DNA of 64,000 bases from a virus. Both the position numbers and the translations under genes were made by a program. This document shows, in pieces, positions 49,701-61,200 of the stretch (its first letter is position 1; every line of letters begins with the position of its first letter). The stretch is taken from IMG/VR virus record IMGVR_UViG_3300030419_004148, positions 1 to 64,000 of that record; one strand, written 5' to 3'. The notes below the pieces were generated by a model. That model was not told the origin of the DNA, did no database searches, and saw only the letters and a program-made list of their open reading frames with translations.

Positions 49701-50412
49701 ATTGAATGGTTCCATTATTGTGATAGTAGGTTCCTAAAGTAGGGTTTTCCCAAACGTAATGGTCACTGTCGTTACCAGCATAAGGACCAGTTAAAGTAAT
49801 AGTACCACCATTTCCAACAAAAACACTATTGGTACCACTAAAAATAACAGTTTTCATAAAAATAGAACCAGAAGAATCCCAATTATTCCAACCGGATTTA
49901 TTTACATCAGTGACATCTCCAGCTGAAAAAGTTCCACTAGCTCCTATAAACACGTGCCCAAATTTTGTGTAGTTAGTAACATCAGTATCTCCTATACGAG
50001 CTGTACCTGATATAATATGTAACGAATTTTCAATAACGGTATAGAAACCTGACGAATCAACTGTATTAATATAAACAGGGTCAGTTCCACGAGGGTTTGA
50101 ATTTTGATTAATTATAAGATTATATAGTTGTCCATCTCTACCTGTAACTTCAGCCGCTGCACCACCAATATCTACTGTGGTTCCACCTCCGTGTGTAATT
50201 TTGACAGTACCGTTTTGGTGTTGCCAATTATCAGAAGAACCACACCAAGAACTTTTAAGGGCAAAATTAGATTTTTCACCCGTTAAAGTTAAAGTCCCAT
50301 CAGGGAGCCATACCTTTTGTGTGCCAGCAGAGTGATATTCCAGATAAAGATAATCAGCGGTTACATCCCCACTACCAGAATAAACACCACCAGAAACGTG
50401 AATACCTGCCAT
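46753..50412 (-). CDS. large beta-rich virion protein with LamG domain
   Basis: TLEAWVKP...WQHMCFTWDG...YADG...ALTAAEI. Confidence 0.8.
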   Translation of the reverse strand: MAGIHVSGGVYSGSGDVTADYLYLEYHSAGTQKVWLPDGTLTLTGEKSNFALKSSWCGSSDNWQHQNGTVKITHGGGTTVDIGGAAAEVTGRDGQLYNLIINQNSNPRGTDPVYINTVDSSGFYTVIENSLHIISGTARIGDTDVTNYTKFGHVFIGASGTFSAGDVTDVNKSGWNNWDSSGSIFMKTVIFSGTNSVFVGNGGTITLTGPYAGNDSDHYVWENPTLGTYYHNNGTIQFGGGTVYGPGETSEYDSYMNWKNIDRPADSDAQTSRGDEGWFYNVSGGFRDQGAGDRHLGVQVVGSTTMKVANNYSLMSGASIDSSTYHITVSGTVFLDKDAYWGDYTTQGGTKTIGALSMANGGNYFKAPTGSLTINNQTSDGYKFKIADNGTFVHNDGTIVLDASTNGGSYINTGSNGKWLYNLTVKNDTTSARAVQHLYGVTIANNLIVSGGGSTAASWDVGFYNGGDGDITASGTATVISGAKLGRSIQNGTFGALTIGTKGWYDAGPTTLVGSAGIPAIFSNSDTFTHNDGTVTLEYGSGGDTKITGSARTTFHKLNTGFSYMHIGFNVEDTWATTGDGGGATNFYDASDNWVIGTTSGTGYLVTNVGTGVKAALNATVSGASEAYPAVVSGTKYDFHTRTNTLNNVDFTDAQTSDDDATLVLSNVDFSGGLTTNDSTTQTLTVTSGTWVKYGGNFAPGNGTKEIVSGATVIFEGAGNYLQDNAATNYGRNSATLWWNSTGYYSPNGGYLNNGWENVFWNADARINQDAVFRNSNLIVGKTFNASNRPIGSTSETQMLKSIKITNGGLLSSSTNTFRIQNTGTFNTRGGFFTSSSALDLDGTDYVALGDGMTTATAVTLEAWVKPSEAPHENTMLGTDGSKGGILSSNSPNKFRIKHESVNSGYTDVDYNWVVDKWQHMCFTWDGTTGKAYADGKLLKEWALSGTAYNLTKAAIGSLNTGSASWPWEGNIARGSFWKTALTAAEIREMMFYDWDAVDASGIDDTKCCGWYQFNEGEGTSISDMSGSGNTGTLNDASAWATAGNWNANTLSGAAHTGKLYIGTGADPTIFSNSTFELSNRELISGSKFASKAHKGTDEYYIATSGANDYLNYTKLSGAPIGATSEVKVLATGSKRSYFNFDSTANNEQCHTLVNAGYVRIVNNSDFYTQDFDNSQGVWVRDSTYGGTIHDDGSTPHEYEPIDIIDDIDSPFDREELID

Positions 50413-53400
50413 TAGTCGAACCTCACTGTTCCTTTTGTTATTAAATTACCGGGCCATTTGTTTCCATCAGCGTCAGAAGTGCCTGATGCTGCAACTATTA
50501 TATCTTTTGACCCACTTGAATAAAAGTTAGTTAAATCTCTATCACCTATACCTTCGTTTATATCCCAATTAGTGGTTGTACCAGAAGGCATTATTCGAAC
50601 AACACCAGATTTACCTAAACGTGGAGGTGAGCCTGATGTAACCCAAGTTCCATCATTAGCACTACCACTAGTACCATAATTTTTAAGGTCCATAGTACCA
50701 CTAGTAGTAATACCTAACTTTAACCAGACTGTTGCTGATAAAGCATTGTCAGGGTCAGCATATGCACCACTTACACTAGTAGCTGGATTTTCTGAAGATA
50801 ATGTTGTTATATTAGCAGCAGATAAAGCTGATTTATAAAATCTAATATCTGCTAAAGAACCATTAAAACTTTGAACGTCACCTGTATAAGCTCCTCCTAT
50901 TTTAATAGTTTTATCATTATTTAAAGAAGCATAAGTACCTAAACTTTGACCAGCAACAGGGATAGAACCATCTACATAACAAACCATATCTCCTCCACTT
51001 CCAGAAGCTACTATTGCAATATGTTTCCAAGTACCAGTAGCTATATTTGTATTATATCGGTTTTCTACTCCACCACCAGAATTATCATTTATTTGATTAT
51101 TTAAATCACCGTGTTTCAAACCAAATCTAAATCCGGGCCAAGCACTGTCTGAACTATTCATATTACTAATCATATATTCTTCATCAGCATCATCACCAAG
51201 CTTAGCCCAAAATGTCATAGTAAATGCACTATTACCAAAATCTAATGCAGATGTTTTAGGAATTGTTATATAATTACCGTAACCATCATTATCGTCCCCA
51301 TAAAATTGAACACAAGCTTCACCACTTGCGTGAATTTGCATTAAACTTGTAGAAGTACCTTTAAAACCATCGTTGTCATTAACAAAATAAACAGTAGTAC
51401 CAGCATCTAACTGAGCTTTACCGTGTGAACCTCCATAAATATACCATTGAGGCATTATTAAATCGTGACCTTGTGTTTCTAAAAAGACATCGTGACTACT
51501 TACAGAAGGCATCATCTGACTTGCCATAGTAAGGTCGCCAGCTAAAACCATTCTACTTGTAGGTAAACAATGATTAATTTTAACTTCCGGTTGACCACCA
51601 ATACCTGATGTTAACCCATTAGTTGCTGATAAAGAACCACTAGATGACCAATAAGATTGCCAGTCAGCAAATGGTACCTGAGTATCACCACCTAAAGGTT
51701 CTATATAACCGATACTAGTAACTGTATTCCAAGGACTACTGTTTCTACCAAATGTAGCAAAACTATTTTGGTTTATTGTTCCCGGACCCCATTTCATAGC
51801 CCCATAAAGTTGTAGACATTGTTCACCAGACCATCGAGTCATCTGTAACTTTTTACCAGAAGTAGCTCCACCGCTTACATTACCAAGTCTAAGTGAATTA
51901 GCCTGAAGATAAATATCATTTGTTGATGTTAAATATAGTCTATTGTTAGCACTTGCTAATTCAGCAGCACTACCTGTACTACCTAACCAATTACCGTAAC
52001 CGTAAGGTAAGTCCCAAGCACTAGAGTTTGCTAAAGTTCCTGCACTACTTGATGCACTTAAATTATAAACATTAGTTGAAGCAGAGTTACCATCAAACTG
52101 GAACCAAGCCATACACTTAGTTTCGTCCATAGCAGCAGCCATCTCAGTGTAATTCATTAAATACATCTCTCTTAATTGTGCGTGTGTTAATTCAGTCTTC
52201 CATACAGACATTCTACCAAGACTGCCGAAAGCATATGCACTCGGTGAACCTGCATCATATCTGCCTATGTTTAAAGCAGGGGAACCACTAATGGTGCCTA
52301 TATCAGAGGCAGTCCCACTAGCTTCTAAATGTCCGTCTACATATAATTTCATAGATGTAGATTTATAAGTAGCAGCTAAATGATGCCAATTACCATCAGT
52401 GATATTACTAGTACCTGTAATCATTTGATTACTGCTACCGTCATAAATATTAAATTTAGCTTTATATTCTCCATCTGCATCATCAGAATCTGTACCACCA
52501 AGCCATACAATAGTATTCATATCCATCCAACGGAACTCTGTATTACTTGCTGTATTTTCTGGTTTTACCCAACATTCCCAAGTAAATTCGTCAGTAGTAG
52601 TTGGGTCAATGTTTGCTGAATGTGTTACAGTCATATAATCAGTTTCACCATCTCTAAAGTTTACTCTAGAATATCCAATTATACCACCTACTGTGGTAAT
52701 AGTACTACCGCTTAATGTAACCGTGTTATGGTTTTGTTGAAAAATACCATTATTACCGTGTCCACCAAGATATAAACTACCAGCTTGTAAATGTGTACCA
52801 TCTCCGTCACTTCCTACAACAAATTGGTTTCCTCCCAACTCTCCGATTATTAAATCAGAACCAATGTTAGTGTTAGCTGTTATTGTTGAACCATATTGTG
52901 AATTTTTCATTTGTTTACTACTACCTACTAATTCAGGCATTAAACAAGAAGTATTAGCTGCTGTTGCATTTTGATAAATGATTTTACTTCCTGCATTACT
53001 AGTCCAAGTTTTAGCATTTACAGAAGAAAATTTATTAACACGAAGAATTGCGTCTGAAACATCACAGTTACCAGACATATAAAAGAGAGGTACTTCAATA
53101 TTAACAGAAGCTCCACTTACGTCAAGAGTCTGCCCAGTATCTTGCGGAGTTGGTGATTGATTGTCTGTTAGTGGGAATTTTATTTCCGCTCCACCACCAG
53201 CTTTATCACCCCATACAACATCTCCTATTAATTTTAATGTAGCTGTGTTTTCAAAACCATTATTACCAGTTTTACAAGAACCTTTTAAAATTACATCTTC
53301 AACTTGAATGCTACGATAAGGAGATATCATACAACCATATTCACTATGAGTTCCACTTAGTGTAGCTGGAAACAATGGATTTGCTGATTTGATTTTAGAA

Positions 53401-55337
53401 CCTTGATTATTAGTAGTCATTGCTTGTATGTAAGCACTACCAGAAATAGTTCCTGCTGCACCAGTAGTTCCTAAAGTTAAAGTATATCCTTCAGTATGAC
53501 CTGCGTGAGCATAAGCCCTCATATTACCTTGTAAATTTATTGAATCTTCTACAGTCCAATTTCCACGATGCCATTGTGGTTTTGTACCGGCTTGTTTAAT
53601 TTTATAAAATGTATTAGTGTTATCTGCTGCATTGGCAGGATACCAATCAGTAGTAGTAGTACCACTAAATGTCAATGTACCACTATTGTGTATATAAGAC
53701 CCATTTATTCTAAAAGCTGGAGTAGAAACAGCACTCAGTGCTCTAAGCATAAACTCTCCTCTTGGAGCGTCAAGGGTAGTGCCACTAGTAACATTAAGAA
53801 GATTACCACCGTTATTTCCACTAGACCTTATTTCATATGGAGGATTAACCCACGTTGCATTAGCAATTGTACCATCTGGTTCTTCGTTCACACCACTATC
53901 TGTCACCGCTGCGCCCGTACCTTCATTAAATTTCCACCATCCAACAGGAGCTCCGTCCCATTGTCCTTTGTAAAGAAGGTCAACTTGTGCAGCAGTTAGT
54001 GCTGTATTATAAACACGTATATCACGGCCACTTACGTCTGCATTATGGTCACCAACTGAGGTCATTGCACCAAAAAGAAATGAACCTGCTTGAGTGCTGG
54101 GACCCTCTGCAAATACATCAGAATTAGTTGCTACAGACTTTCCATTTACATATAATTCCGCAGCACTACCAGTATTACACACTACTACTATATGTGCCCA
54201 TTCATCTACAGTTAACTGACTAGAAGCTCCAACCCAAGCGTGAGCGCTACCTGTAGTTCGATATACAGCAGAAAGCGCTCCGGCTTCTTCAGAACCATCC
54301 GAAGGTTTACTATTTAAAGATATAGAAATCCAACTCGAAGTACTACCACCAGCATCTCTCCACATAGAAGTCGCATATCCTTTAGATGTATTTTGAGGTT
54401 TACACCAAAGACTTATAGACGCATTACCAGAAGCAGTACTTCCCATAATATCAGATGCTTTTCCCATATTAACATAATTTCCGGTATCATTAGTTGAATC
54501 TATATACGTCGAGTCCAGCAGGTTCCAAGTACCACCACTTACATCAATTGTAACTTTAGAAGTATCAGAACCAATACTTCCAGAACCCACTTGATTAAGA
54601 TGATATTTAGATTTATCTTGTACAGTGTTAGTTAAAGTCAAATCACTATCTGTTGCACTACCATCATCGTTTGTAGCACCGTCATCACAGGTCCACCAGT
54701 GAATTGGAGTACCGTGTGGTAACTCGCCCTTCATAATTTGACCGAGTTGAGCAGTAGAACTTGATACATTGTAAACTTGAACATCACGTATGTATCCGGG
54801 GAAATACCTTCCATCTGAAAAAGCAGCCCTTCCTAAATGAGGGTTTGCAATAGCATAACTGTGTGTGCCAGCAGATGCATAAGAACCATCTGAATATAGT
54901 TCACCATCAACATATAAACCTACATTATTACCGTCAGTTACTATAGCAAAATGTTGCCAAGTTCCGCTTGTTAATACACCAGCAGACCCACCTGTATCTT
55001 TTGTAGCTAAACCTCCTCCAGCAGAATCAACATATCCAAATCTGAATGAGACACCGTGACTACTGTGATTTCTAGTTTGCATTAAAATCTTTCTAGATTC
55101 AGAACTAGAATCAGAAAAGAGTACTTTTTCACCTTGATTAGTTTGTGACCCTGTATAGTAAACCCACATAGCTATGGTAGCTGTAGTTCCTGTAACTGTT
55201 GACATAGTAGTAGAACCACTAGCGTAAGCGTCAGTACCATTCAACTGCATAGCAGAAGGCATATCTAATACTACAGAACCACTACTTAATGAACCAATTA
55301 CATTACTACCGTGCCCTACAAAGTTGATTCTAGCCAC
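50412..55337 (-). CDS. large virion protein with four LamG/ConA-like domains
   Basis: Repeated W.H.....YVDG...G...D.R.Y..AL motifs. Confidence 0.85.
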   Translation of the reverse strand: MARINFVGHGSNVIGSLSSGSVVLDMPSAMQLNGTDAYASGSTTMSTVTGTTATIAMWVYYTGSQTNQGEKVLFSDSSSESRKILMQTRNHSSHGVSFRFGYVDSAGGGLATKDTGGSAGVLTSGTWQHFAIVTDGNNVGLYVDGELYSDGSYASAGTHSYAIANPHLGRAAFSDGRYFPGYIRDVQVYNVSSSTAQLGQIMKGELPHGTPIHWWTCDDGATNDDGSATDSDLTLTNTVQDKSKYHLNQVGSGSIGSDTSKVTIDVSGGTWNLLDSTYIDSTNDTGNYVNMGKASDIMGSTASGNASISLWCKPQNTSKGYATSMWRDAGGSTSSWISISLNSKPSDGSEEAGALSAVYRTTGSAHAWVGASSQLTVDEWAHIVVVCNTGSAAELYVNGKSVATNSDVFAEGPSTQAGSFLFGAMTSVGDHNADVSGRDIRVYNTALTAAQVDLLYKGQWDGAPVGWWKFNEGTGAAVTDSGVNEEPDGTIANATWVNPPYEIRSSGNNGGNLLNVTSGTTLDAPRGEFMLRALSAVSTPAFRINGSYIHNSGTLTFSGTTTTDWYPANAADNTNTFYKIKQAGTKPQWHRGNWTVEDSINLQGNMRAYAHAGHTEGYTLTLGTTGAAGTISGSAYIQAMTTNNQGSKIKSANPLFPATLSGTHSEYGCMISPYRSIQVEDVILKGSCKTGNNGFENTATLKLIGDVVWGDKAGGGAEIKFPLTDNQSPTPQDTGQTLDVSGASVNIEVPLFYMSGNCDVSDAILRVNKFSSVNAKTWTSNAGSKIIYQNATAANTSCLMPELVGSSKQMKNSQYGSTITANTNIGSDLIIGELGGNQFVVGSDGDGTHLQAGSLYLGGHGNNGIFQQNHNTVTLSGSTITTVGGIIGYSRVNFRDGETDYMTVTHSANIDPTTTDEFTWECWVKPENTASNTEFRWMDMNTIVWLGGTDSDDADGEYKAKFNIYDGSSNQMITGTSNITDGNWHHLAATYKSTSMKLYVDGHLEASGTASDIGTISGSPALNIGRYDAGSPSAYAFGSLGRMSVWKTELTHAQLREMYLMNYTEMAAAMDETKCMAWFQFDGNSASTNVYNLSASSSAGTLANSSAWDLPYGYGNWLGSTGSAAELASANNRLYLTSTNDIYLQANSLRLGNVSGGATSGKKLQMTRWSGEQCLQLYGAMKWGPGTINQNSFATFGRNSSPWNTVTSIGYIEPLGGDTQVPFADWQSYWSSSGSLSATNGLTSGIGGQPEVKINHCLPTSRMVLAGDLTMASQMMPSVSSHDVFLETQGHDLIMPQWYIYGGSHGKAQLDAGTTVYFVNDNDGFKGTSTSLMQIHASGEACVQFYGDDNDGYGNYITIPKTSALDFGNSAFTMTFWAKLGDDADEEYMISNMNSSDSAWPGFRFGLKHGDLNNQINDNSGGGVENRYNTNIATGTWKHIAIVASGSGGDMVCYVDGSIPVAGQSLGTYASLNNDKTIKIGGAYTGDVQSFNGSLADIRFYKSALSAANITTLSSENPATSVSGAYADPDNALSATVWLKLGITTSGTMDLKNYGTSGSANDGTWVTSGSPPRLGKSGVVRIMPSGTTTNWDINEGIGDRDLTNFYSSGSKDIIVAASGTSDADGNKWPGNLITKGTVRFD

Positions 55338-57711
55338 TGTTTATCTTTCCTCCTTTATTAATTAAATTACCGTGTAACTTGAAATAACGATTTGTGGTAC
55401 CCATATCATTAATATCTAATAAAGCATTTGCACCACCAAGTGTTAAATTACCTGATACTTCTATACTTATATTTGAAGAACTACTTAAAAGGTACCAATT
55501 TTTAAATTGACCACTTTCAATATTTAAATTACGACCTATATGCCACACATCTGTAGTACCTGCGCCTTGTGGTGTCATATAATTAGTATCAACACCGTTG
55601 TATGTAAAATCTCTAATAACCGATATATCCCTATTAGGAGCACAATTGCCTCCAGATATAATTAAATTATAAAATGCGTCATCTCCAGTAAAACCGTCTG
55701 CGTGTTCGTGTTCTATACCTTCACCCCAAGTAACACCAGACACCATCAAACTACCACTGTTATGATGCATCTCTCCACCATTATACATATAGAAACAAGC
55801 ATTATTATGTTCAGTACTTCCATTATTCCTAATCACAGCGCCTTCATAAAACTCATCACCAGCAGCCTGTGCTAATGATTCAGTATTTCCAGAATAAGGC
55901 CAATATATTTTACCACTAGGACCAAGAACAATAGAACCAAATTCAAACCGAGGCCACGCACCATTGCGAGTCCAACTACTTGTCGTAGATTGTGTTGTTA
56001 CCATATCTTGATAATTAGCTGCACCATACTCTCTTAAATCTAACGTACCAGATATATAAGATACAACCCCCCTTTCTGCAAAGAAACCACCAGCATACGG
56101 TTCAATATCAGTTGAACCACCTCTAAGTTCTATATGTGAACCAGTAGCTACCTTAAACTCATTGTGTAAATGCCAAGGAGCCCCTGAATATGTAGGGTTG
56201 TTTACTTGTACCCCATTAGCACCAGAAATGTGAACATTATACCAATGAAATCTTCGGCCATAACCCGTTACAGCACTACCACTTGCGGGGTCACCGGCAA
56301 TAGTCACATTCTTATAATCATTCTGATTTGCTTGGACAATAGAAGCACTATAACCATTCTGCATCAGTACAGTCCCACTATTGTGATAAAAACCGACCTT
56401 TATAGTATTTTCCGTAAAAGCATCTTCGTGGTTACCCAAATGAGTTCCCATATTAGTATAAATACTTGAGTAACTATTATATCCTTTAGAATTAAATGTA
56501 GTTGTATCACTGCTAAATTCAATATATGGGTATTGTGTACCACCGCCAGTTAAAGTACAGTCTCCATACTGTGCTTTTAAAGAACCTATTATAAGATTAG
56601 AATCTTCACCTACTATAGAAGAAGCTCCTTGCATTTGTACTGATTGGAAAGAACCTTCGTTACTTCCGTCAGTTTGTTTATCATATTCACCAGCATTTCC
56701 TTTAGCTGGGTATGCTCCTAAAGAAACATCATTTCCACCCTGACAATCTAAAATAGCTCTACTATATTTAGAATATTTACGGTCAACATTCTGTTCAGCA
56801 GGTTGATTTCCACCCATCCACGCACTTTTCATAGCGTGGTCTTTAGCAATCATCCAAGTCATACCACTGACTGTAAGGTCTACGCCAGTACCACCATAAT
56901 TACAATAAAATTTACCTTTGTATAAATAAAAATAATGACATACTATCAACTTTGAACGAGGTCTAATAGTGTATTGTGCATAAGTAGGACTAGCTCTAGC
57001 ATCCCAAGGTAAATCAATTACTAAATCCCAAGGGCCATCATTTCCTGTTGTGTTTAATCCGTCCCATTGAACATACTGATTATTATCCCAACCAGTTAAA
57101 CTATCTCCTTCTGCATCATCAGGCACTTTGATATAAATCATACCTTTATTGTGATAAATCTTACCAGCAGTTAATTCAAAGTAACGGTCTTCATCTGTAT
57201 TTGAACCTACAAGATAACAAACACCACTTGTAAGATAAGTTTCAGCATTTGCACTGGTTTGTTTCATACCTCTTCCGACATACCACACACCAGTAGCACC
57301 ATCTAATATTTTACCACTGTCTGAAACAACTAATCCATAAGTAGTAGCGTTACTTCCAGAAGAAACTTTTAAAGTAGAACCTGATAAATCGAGTTGACCC
57401 TCGTGTTTCATTTCTAGTTTACCATCTACAATTGTTAAATCATTATCATCTGTTTTAAACGTTCCACTTAATATAGTCATATCGCCGTAAACAGTTAATG
57501 AGTTTTGTTGTGCAACACTCCAATCACCTTGACTACTACTTACAGTTAAACTACTACAAGCTGAAGCAGCATTAATATAACACTTATCAACCGTCCCTGT
57601 AATGATAGCTGTGTCTCCCGAAACAGGGTATCCACTACCTTGGTCCCAATTTGCGGGTGCAGTCCAATCACCGGGACTGCCTGAATTTCGTGTCCACGTA
57701 AACGTTGTCAT
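55330..57711 (-). CDS. beta-helix-like virion/adhesin protein
   Basis: W..PANWD...P.SGDTA.I N-terminus; HNSG repeats shared with neighbouring genes. Confidence 0.7.
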   Translation of the reverse strand: MTTFTWTRNSGSPGDWTAPANWDQGSGYPVSGDTAIITGTVDKCYINAASACSSLTVSSSQGDWSVAQQNSLTVYGDMTILSGTFKTDDNDLTIVDGKLEMKHEGQLDLSGSTLKVSSGSNATTYGLVVSDSGKILDGATGVWYVGRGMKQTSANAETYLTSGVCYLVGSNTDEDRYFELTAGKIYHNKGMIYIKVPDDAEGDSLTGWDNNQYVQWDGLNTTGNDGPWDLVIDLPWDARASPTYAQYTIRPRSKLIVCHYFYLYKGKFYCNYGGTGVDLTVSGMTWMIAKDHAMKSAWMGGNQPAEQNVDRKYSKYSRAILDCQGGNDVSLGAYPAKGNAGEYDKQTDGSNEGSFQSVQMQGASSIVGEDSNLIIGSLKAQYGDCTLTGGGTQYPYIEFSSDTTTFNSKGYNSYSSIYTNMGTHLGNHEDAFTENTIKVGFYHNSGTVLMQNGYSASIVQANQNDYKNVTIAGDPASGSAVTGYGRRFHWYNVHISGANGVQVNNPTYSGAPWHLHNEFKVATGSHIELRGGSTDIEPYAGGFFAERGVVSYISGTLDLREYGAANYQDMVTTQSTTSSWTRNGAWPRFEFGSIVLGPSGKIYWPYSGNTESLAQAAGDEFYEGAVIRNNGSTEHNNACFYMYNGGEMHHNSGSLMVSGVTWGEGIEHEHADGFTGDDAFYNLIISGGNCAPNRDISVIRDFTYNGVDTNYMTPQGAGTTDVWHIGRNLNIESGQFKNWYLLSSSSNISIEVSGNLTLGGANALLDINDMGTTNRYFKLHGNLINKGGKINSG

Positions 57712-57724
57712 CTACTTAAGCTCC

Positions 57725-58177
57725 TTAATTTGAGGCGTATAAGTAAGCTACGACACCAGAAGTAGTACTAGAATCTGTATAACCAACTAGAGCTACATAT
57801 CGGTATCTATTATTAAAAGGTATATGTTTAGTCTCTGTAGCTGCAACACTAATAGTAGAACCAACTTTATCCCAAACTTTTGCTCCTTCTCCTGTTGCTG
57901 ACCAATCTACAGCACCAGATGCGTATGCGGCATACATTTCTAAGTTCAAAGCTTGACTTCCAGAATTATAAACGAACCAAGAACCTGTTTTACCATTTAG
58001 TTCTGTTTTTTCTACCAAAGCAGTTGCAGAAGTTCCTACAGAAGCAGTGGTCCCACTAGAATAAGTTAAACCAGCCTCTGAGTCATCGAAAGCAGTTACT
58101 ACTCTTGTGGCAGTACCTTCGGAAGTTTCTAAGAAACTATCCATACGTCTACCAGATAAACTATCTTTTAGGGCCAT
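57725..58177 (-). CDS. small virion protein (likely start MALKDS at 58177)
   Basis: GAGGTGA RBS and promoter-like AATCTTTATATATAAT (58208-58223) upstream. Confidence 0.65.
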   Translation of the reverse strand: MALKDSLSGRRMDSFLETSEGTATRVVTAFDDSEAGLTYSSGTTASVGTSATALVEKTELNGKTGSWFVYNSGSQALNLEMYAAYASGAVDWSATGEGAKVWDKVGSTISVAATETKHIPFNNRYRYVALVGYTDSSTTSGVVAYLYASN

Positions 58178-58227
58178 AATAATCACCTCAAAGATAATAA
58201 TGTTGAAATTATATATAAAGATTGTCC

Positions 58228-61200
58228 TTAATCTTTCACAACCCAAACACCAGAAGCAACCTTACAAAATGTCTTATTAGCGCCCCTATATCCTGCAATT
58301 GTAACTGTAGCGGATGCACTATTACTATTACCCTCATATATAACATCTCCACTTCCGGGGTCTACTACTACTGACAGAGCAGCTTGAGGGTTAGAAGAAG
58401 TTCTTTGGAAAAGTGTAACAAATCCACCAACATTTAAACCATTAGTATTAGGTAATTGTGTTGTAATTGTGGTAGGAGTACCAACACTAGCAGCGGGTTC
58501 AGGTAGTATTTCAAAATAATTAGTCTCTGTACCCACTACAGCGTTTTGAATTTGTGTATTTGTAGCGTCAACAATGTATGTTGCCTGAGTTAATGAATAC
58601 TCTAATCGACTAGTTACGTGAGCTGTACTTAATGTACTCTCCTTTATCATATCATTTAAATTCCAATCACCAGCTACGTGTAATTTTGTAGAAGGATTAG
58701 TTATGCCTATACCTACTTTACCGTCACTACTAACATTTAAATTACCAGCATTTAAACTAGAGTTTGTTCCCATTGAAAGATATCCACCATCACTATTAAT
58801 GAATTGTGTAGAAGAAGGGTCTTTTATTCTTAAAGATGCAATATTATCTCCAGACTCAAGTAAAAGTAATGAATTTGTAGATGCGTGTTTAATATGAACG
58901 AACTCAGAAGGATTAGTTAAACCTATACCTACTTTACCATCTTGAGTGATAGCCATTCTATCATCAAGAGTAGTTGTGCTATTATCTACTGTACTAAATA
59001 TTAAATCTGTACCTCTAGCTGCAGCACCAAAATCTTGAGTAGCTTGACCTCTAATTTGAGCTCCAATTTCAAAAGAATCTCCATCACTACCTCTGAAAGC
59101 TAATAAACCTAAGTAGTCACCATTTGCAACAGTAGTGTGTGAACCAGCTGTACTATTAGCAGATTTATTTAAAAATATTTTAGCGGTCTTGTCATCAGTG
59201 GCAGAATAAGCATATATACCTAATTGTGTACTTGAATTATCATCACCTGCAACTGTCAATAAATCTGAAGGTGAAGTTGTATTTATAGCAAAAAGACCAT
59301 CACCATCTATCAGGGCTCTAGTAGTGCCATTTGTTCCAAACGTCATAGCACCATTTTCTCTATTTTTAAAATTAATATCGGCTGAATCTTGTATTATTTC
59401 AAAACCATCAGAACCACCTTCACCTGTGTTTCCGTTACTCATTTTGAAATATGTAGTACTTGCACCGTGTATATGAAGAAGTCTATCTGGTGCAGTTGTG
59501 CCTAGACCTAACCTACCTCCAGAAGTTAATATCATCAAATCAGTAGTATTGTCTTTAAATTGAATATCACCATCAGCTTCAAACTCCATAGATGCGTGTG
59601 AACCACTTCTAATCGTAATTGGTGCAGCCGTTCCTTGGTCGTTATATATATTAAATTCACCATCATAACTAACGGTCATATTAGCATTAGCGTCCAAATA
59701 AAGATTTTCCGCAGAAGCTAAAGTAACGTGACGAGTTGCATACAAATATGCATCTTTCTGATAGTTAGTGCCAGTTGGTTTAATTCTAAAGAACTCAGTG
59801 GAAGTTGCAGCACCCGAAATATGAGTCATTGCTCCATCCGTAGTAGAACCTGTGGCGTGTCTAAATCTGGTATATCTACCTTCTGTGTTCCAAATGTCTA
59901 CATAAGAATCTCCTGTAGTTCCTAACATTAAACCTGCGGAACCGAAAATTGATGAATAAGTGTCATTACCCGGAACTGAATTAGTAGGTTTAATCATCAC
60001 TTCACGAGTACCATCATATCCTCTAATACTTCCCCCTGATACATCCAATAATTGAGCAGGTGCGGTTGTGCCTATACCTACATTACCACCTGTGTCATTT
60101 AAAAGTACATCTGCCGTAGCTCTTATATATAAATCATTAGAATTTCTAAATAATTTAGTATCGGAATCACCTAAGTATAGAGTACTTTGAACGTTTGCGT
60201 CTCCATTAACATCTAATTTATAATTAGGTCCATTTGTACCTATACCTAATCTTTGTGTAGAACCTTTAAATGTAGCATATTCTGTCCCTCCTCTGTAATT
60301 GTAAATTTTAATGTCACCACCAGTTTGGTCTGCCTCATCAGGTTCAAATGAAATTGCATCTGCTGAATTGAAGTGAAAATTGTCTCCAGCATACAGATAG
60401 AAAGAACCTGTTGTAGCAATTTTAGCATTATTTGTCCCTGTAGTTTCATACAATAATTTTGAACCTCCAAATGAAGAAGAACTATTAAATTGAATTTCTT
60501 TATTAGAACCACCGGGCGTTCCTCCTCCTCCAGCGATAGAACCGTTGTTAGTTAATGCAATGTCATTACCATCATCATCTGTATAATATAAATTAGCAGG
60601 GTCATCATTTTTAACCCAAAGTTTTCCGAAGGTGTCTGTATGATTAGGTGCTGATGAACGTTCTTTGATTTCTATTGTAGGGTCAGAACCGTGTAATCCT
60701 ACAAGACCATCGTCGTGAACTGTAAATAACCAATTCTGGGAACTGTCAACTACTTTAAATAAATAAGTACCTGCTGAACCTCCTAAATCAGCTTGTACAT
60801 TTCCCTTACTATCTAATCTAATATTTTTACCACCGGTATCTGTTTTTAAAGTAAGGTGACCTTCTTTTGCTTGTAGTTGAGTGTCTCCATCATTGGCTAC
60901 AGTCATATCAGTATAATAAGTAGTATCATAAGACCAACGTTGTTGTGTTGATGTATTAAGTAAGTCTAGTGGTGCATTAGGTGCAGTTGTGCCTATACCT
61001 ACGTCACCATCTGATTTTACAACTAATCTTTTATTAGCAAATCCGTTAGTAGAAATAAATACATCATTATCTCCTTCTGTTACTAAACCAAGGTATCCAT
61101 CGTTCTTTGCTCGTATACCAAGCGAAGATTCATAAGTCATATCATAATCATAAAATTTAAAGTCTCTAGTTCCACCAGTTCTAATAACGAATTTTTTATC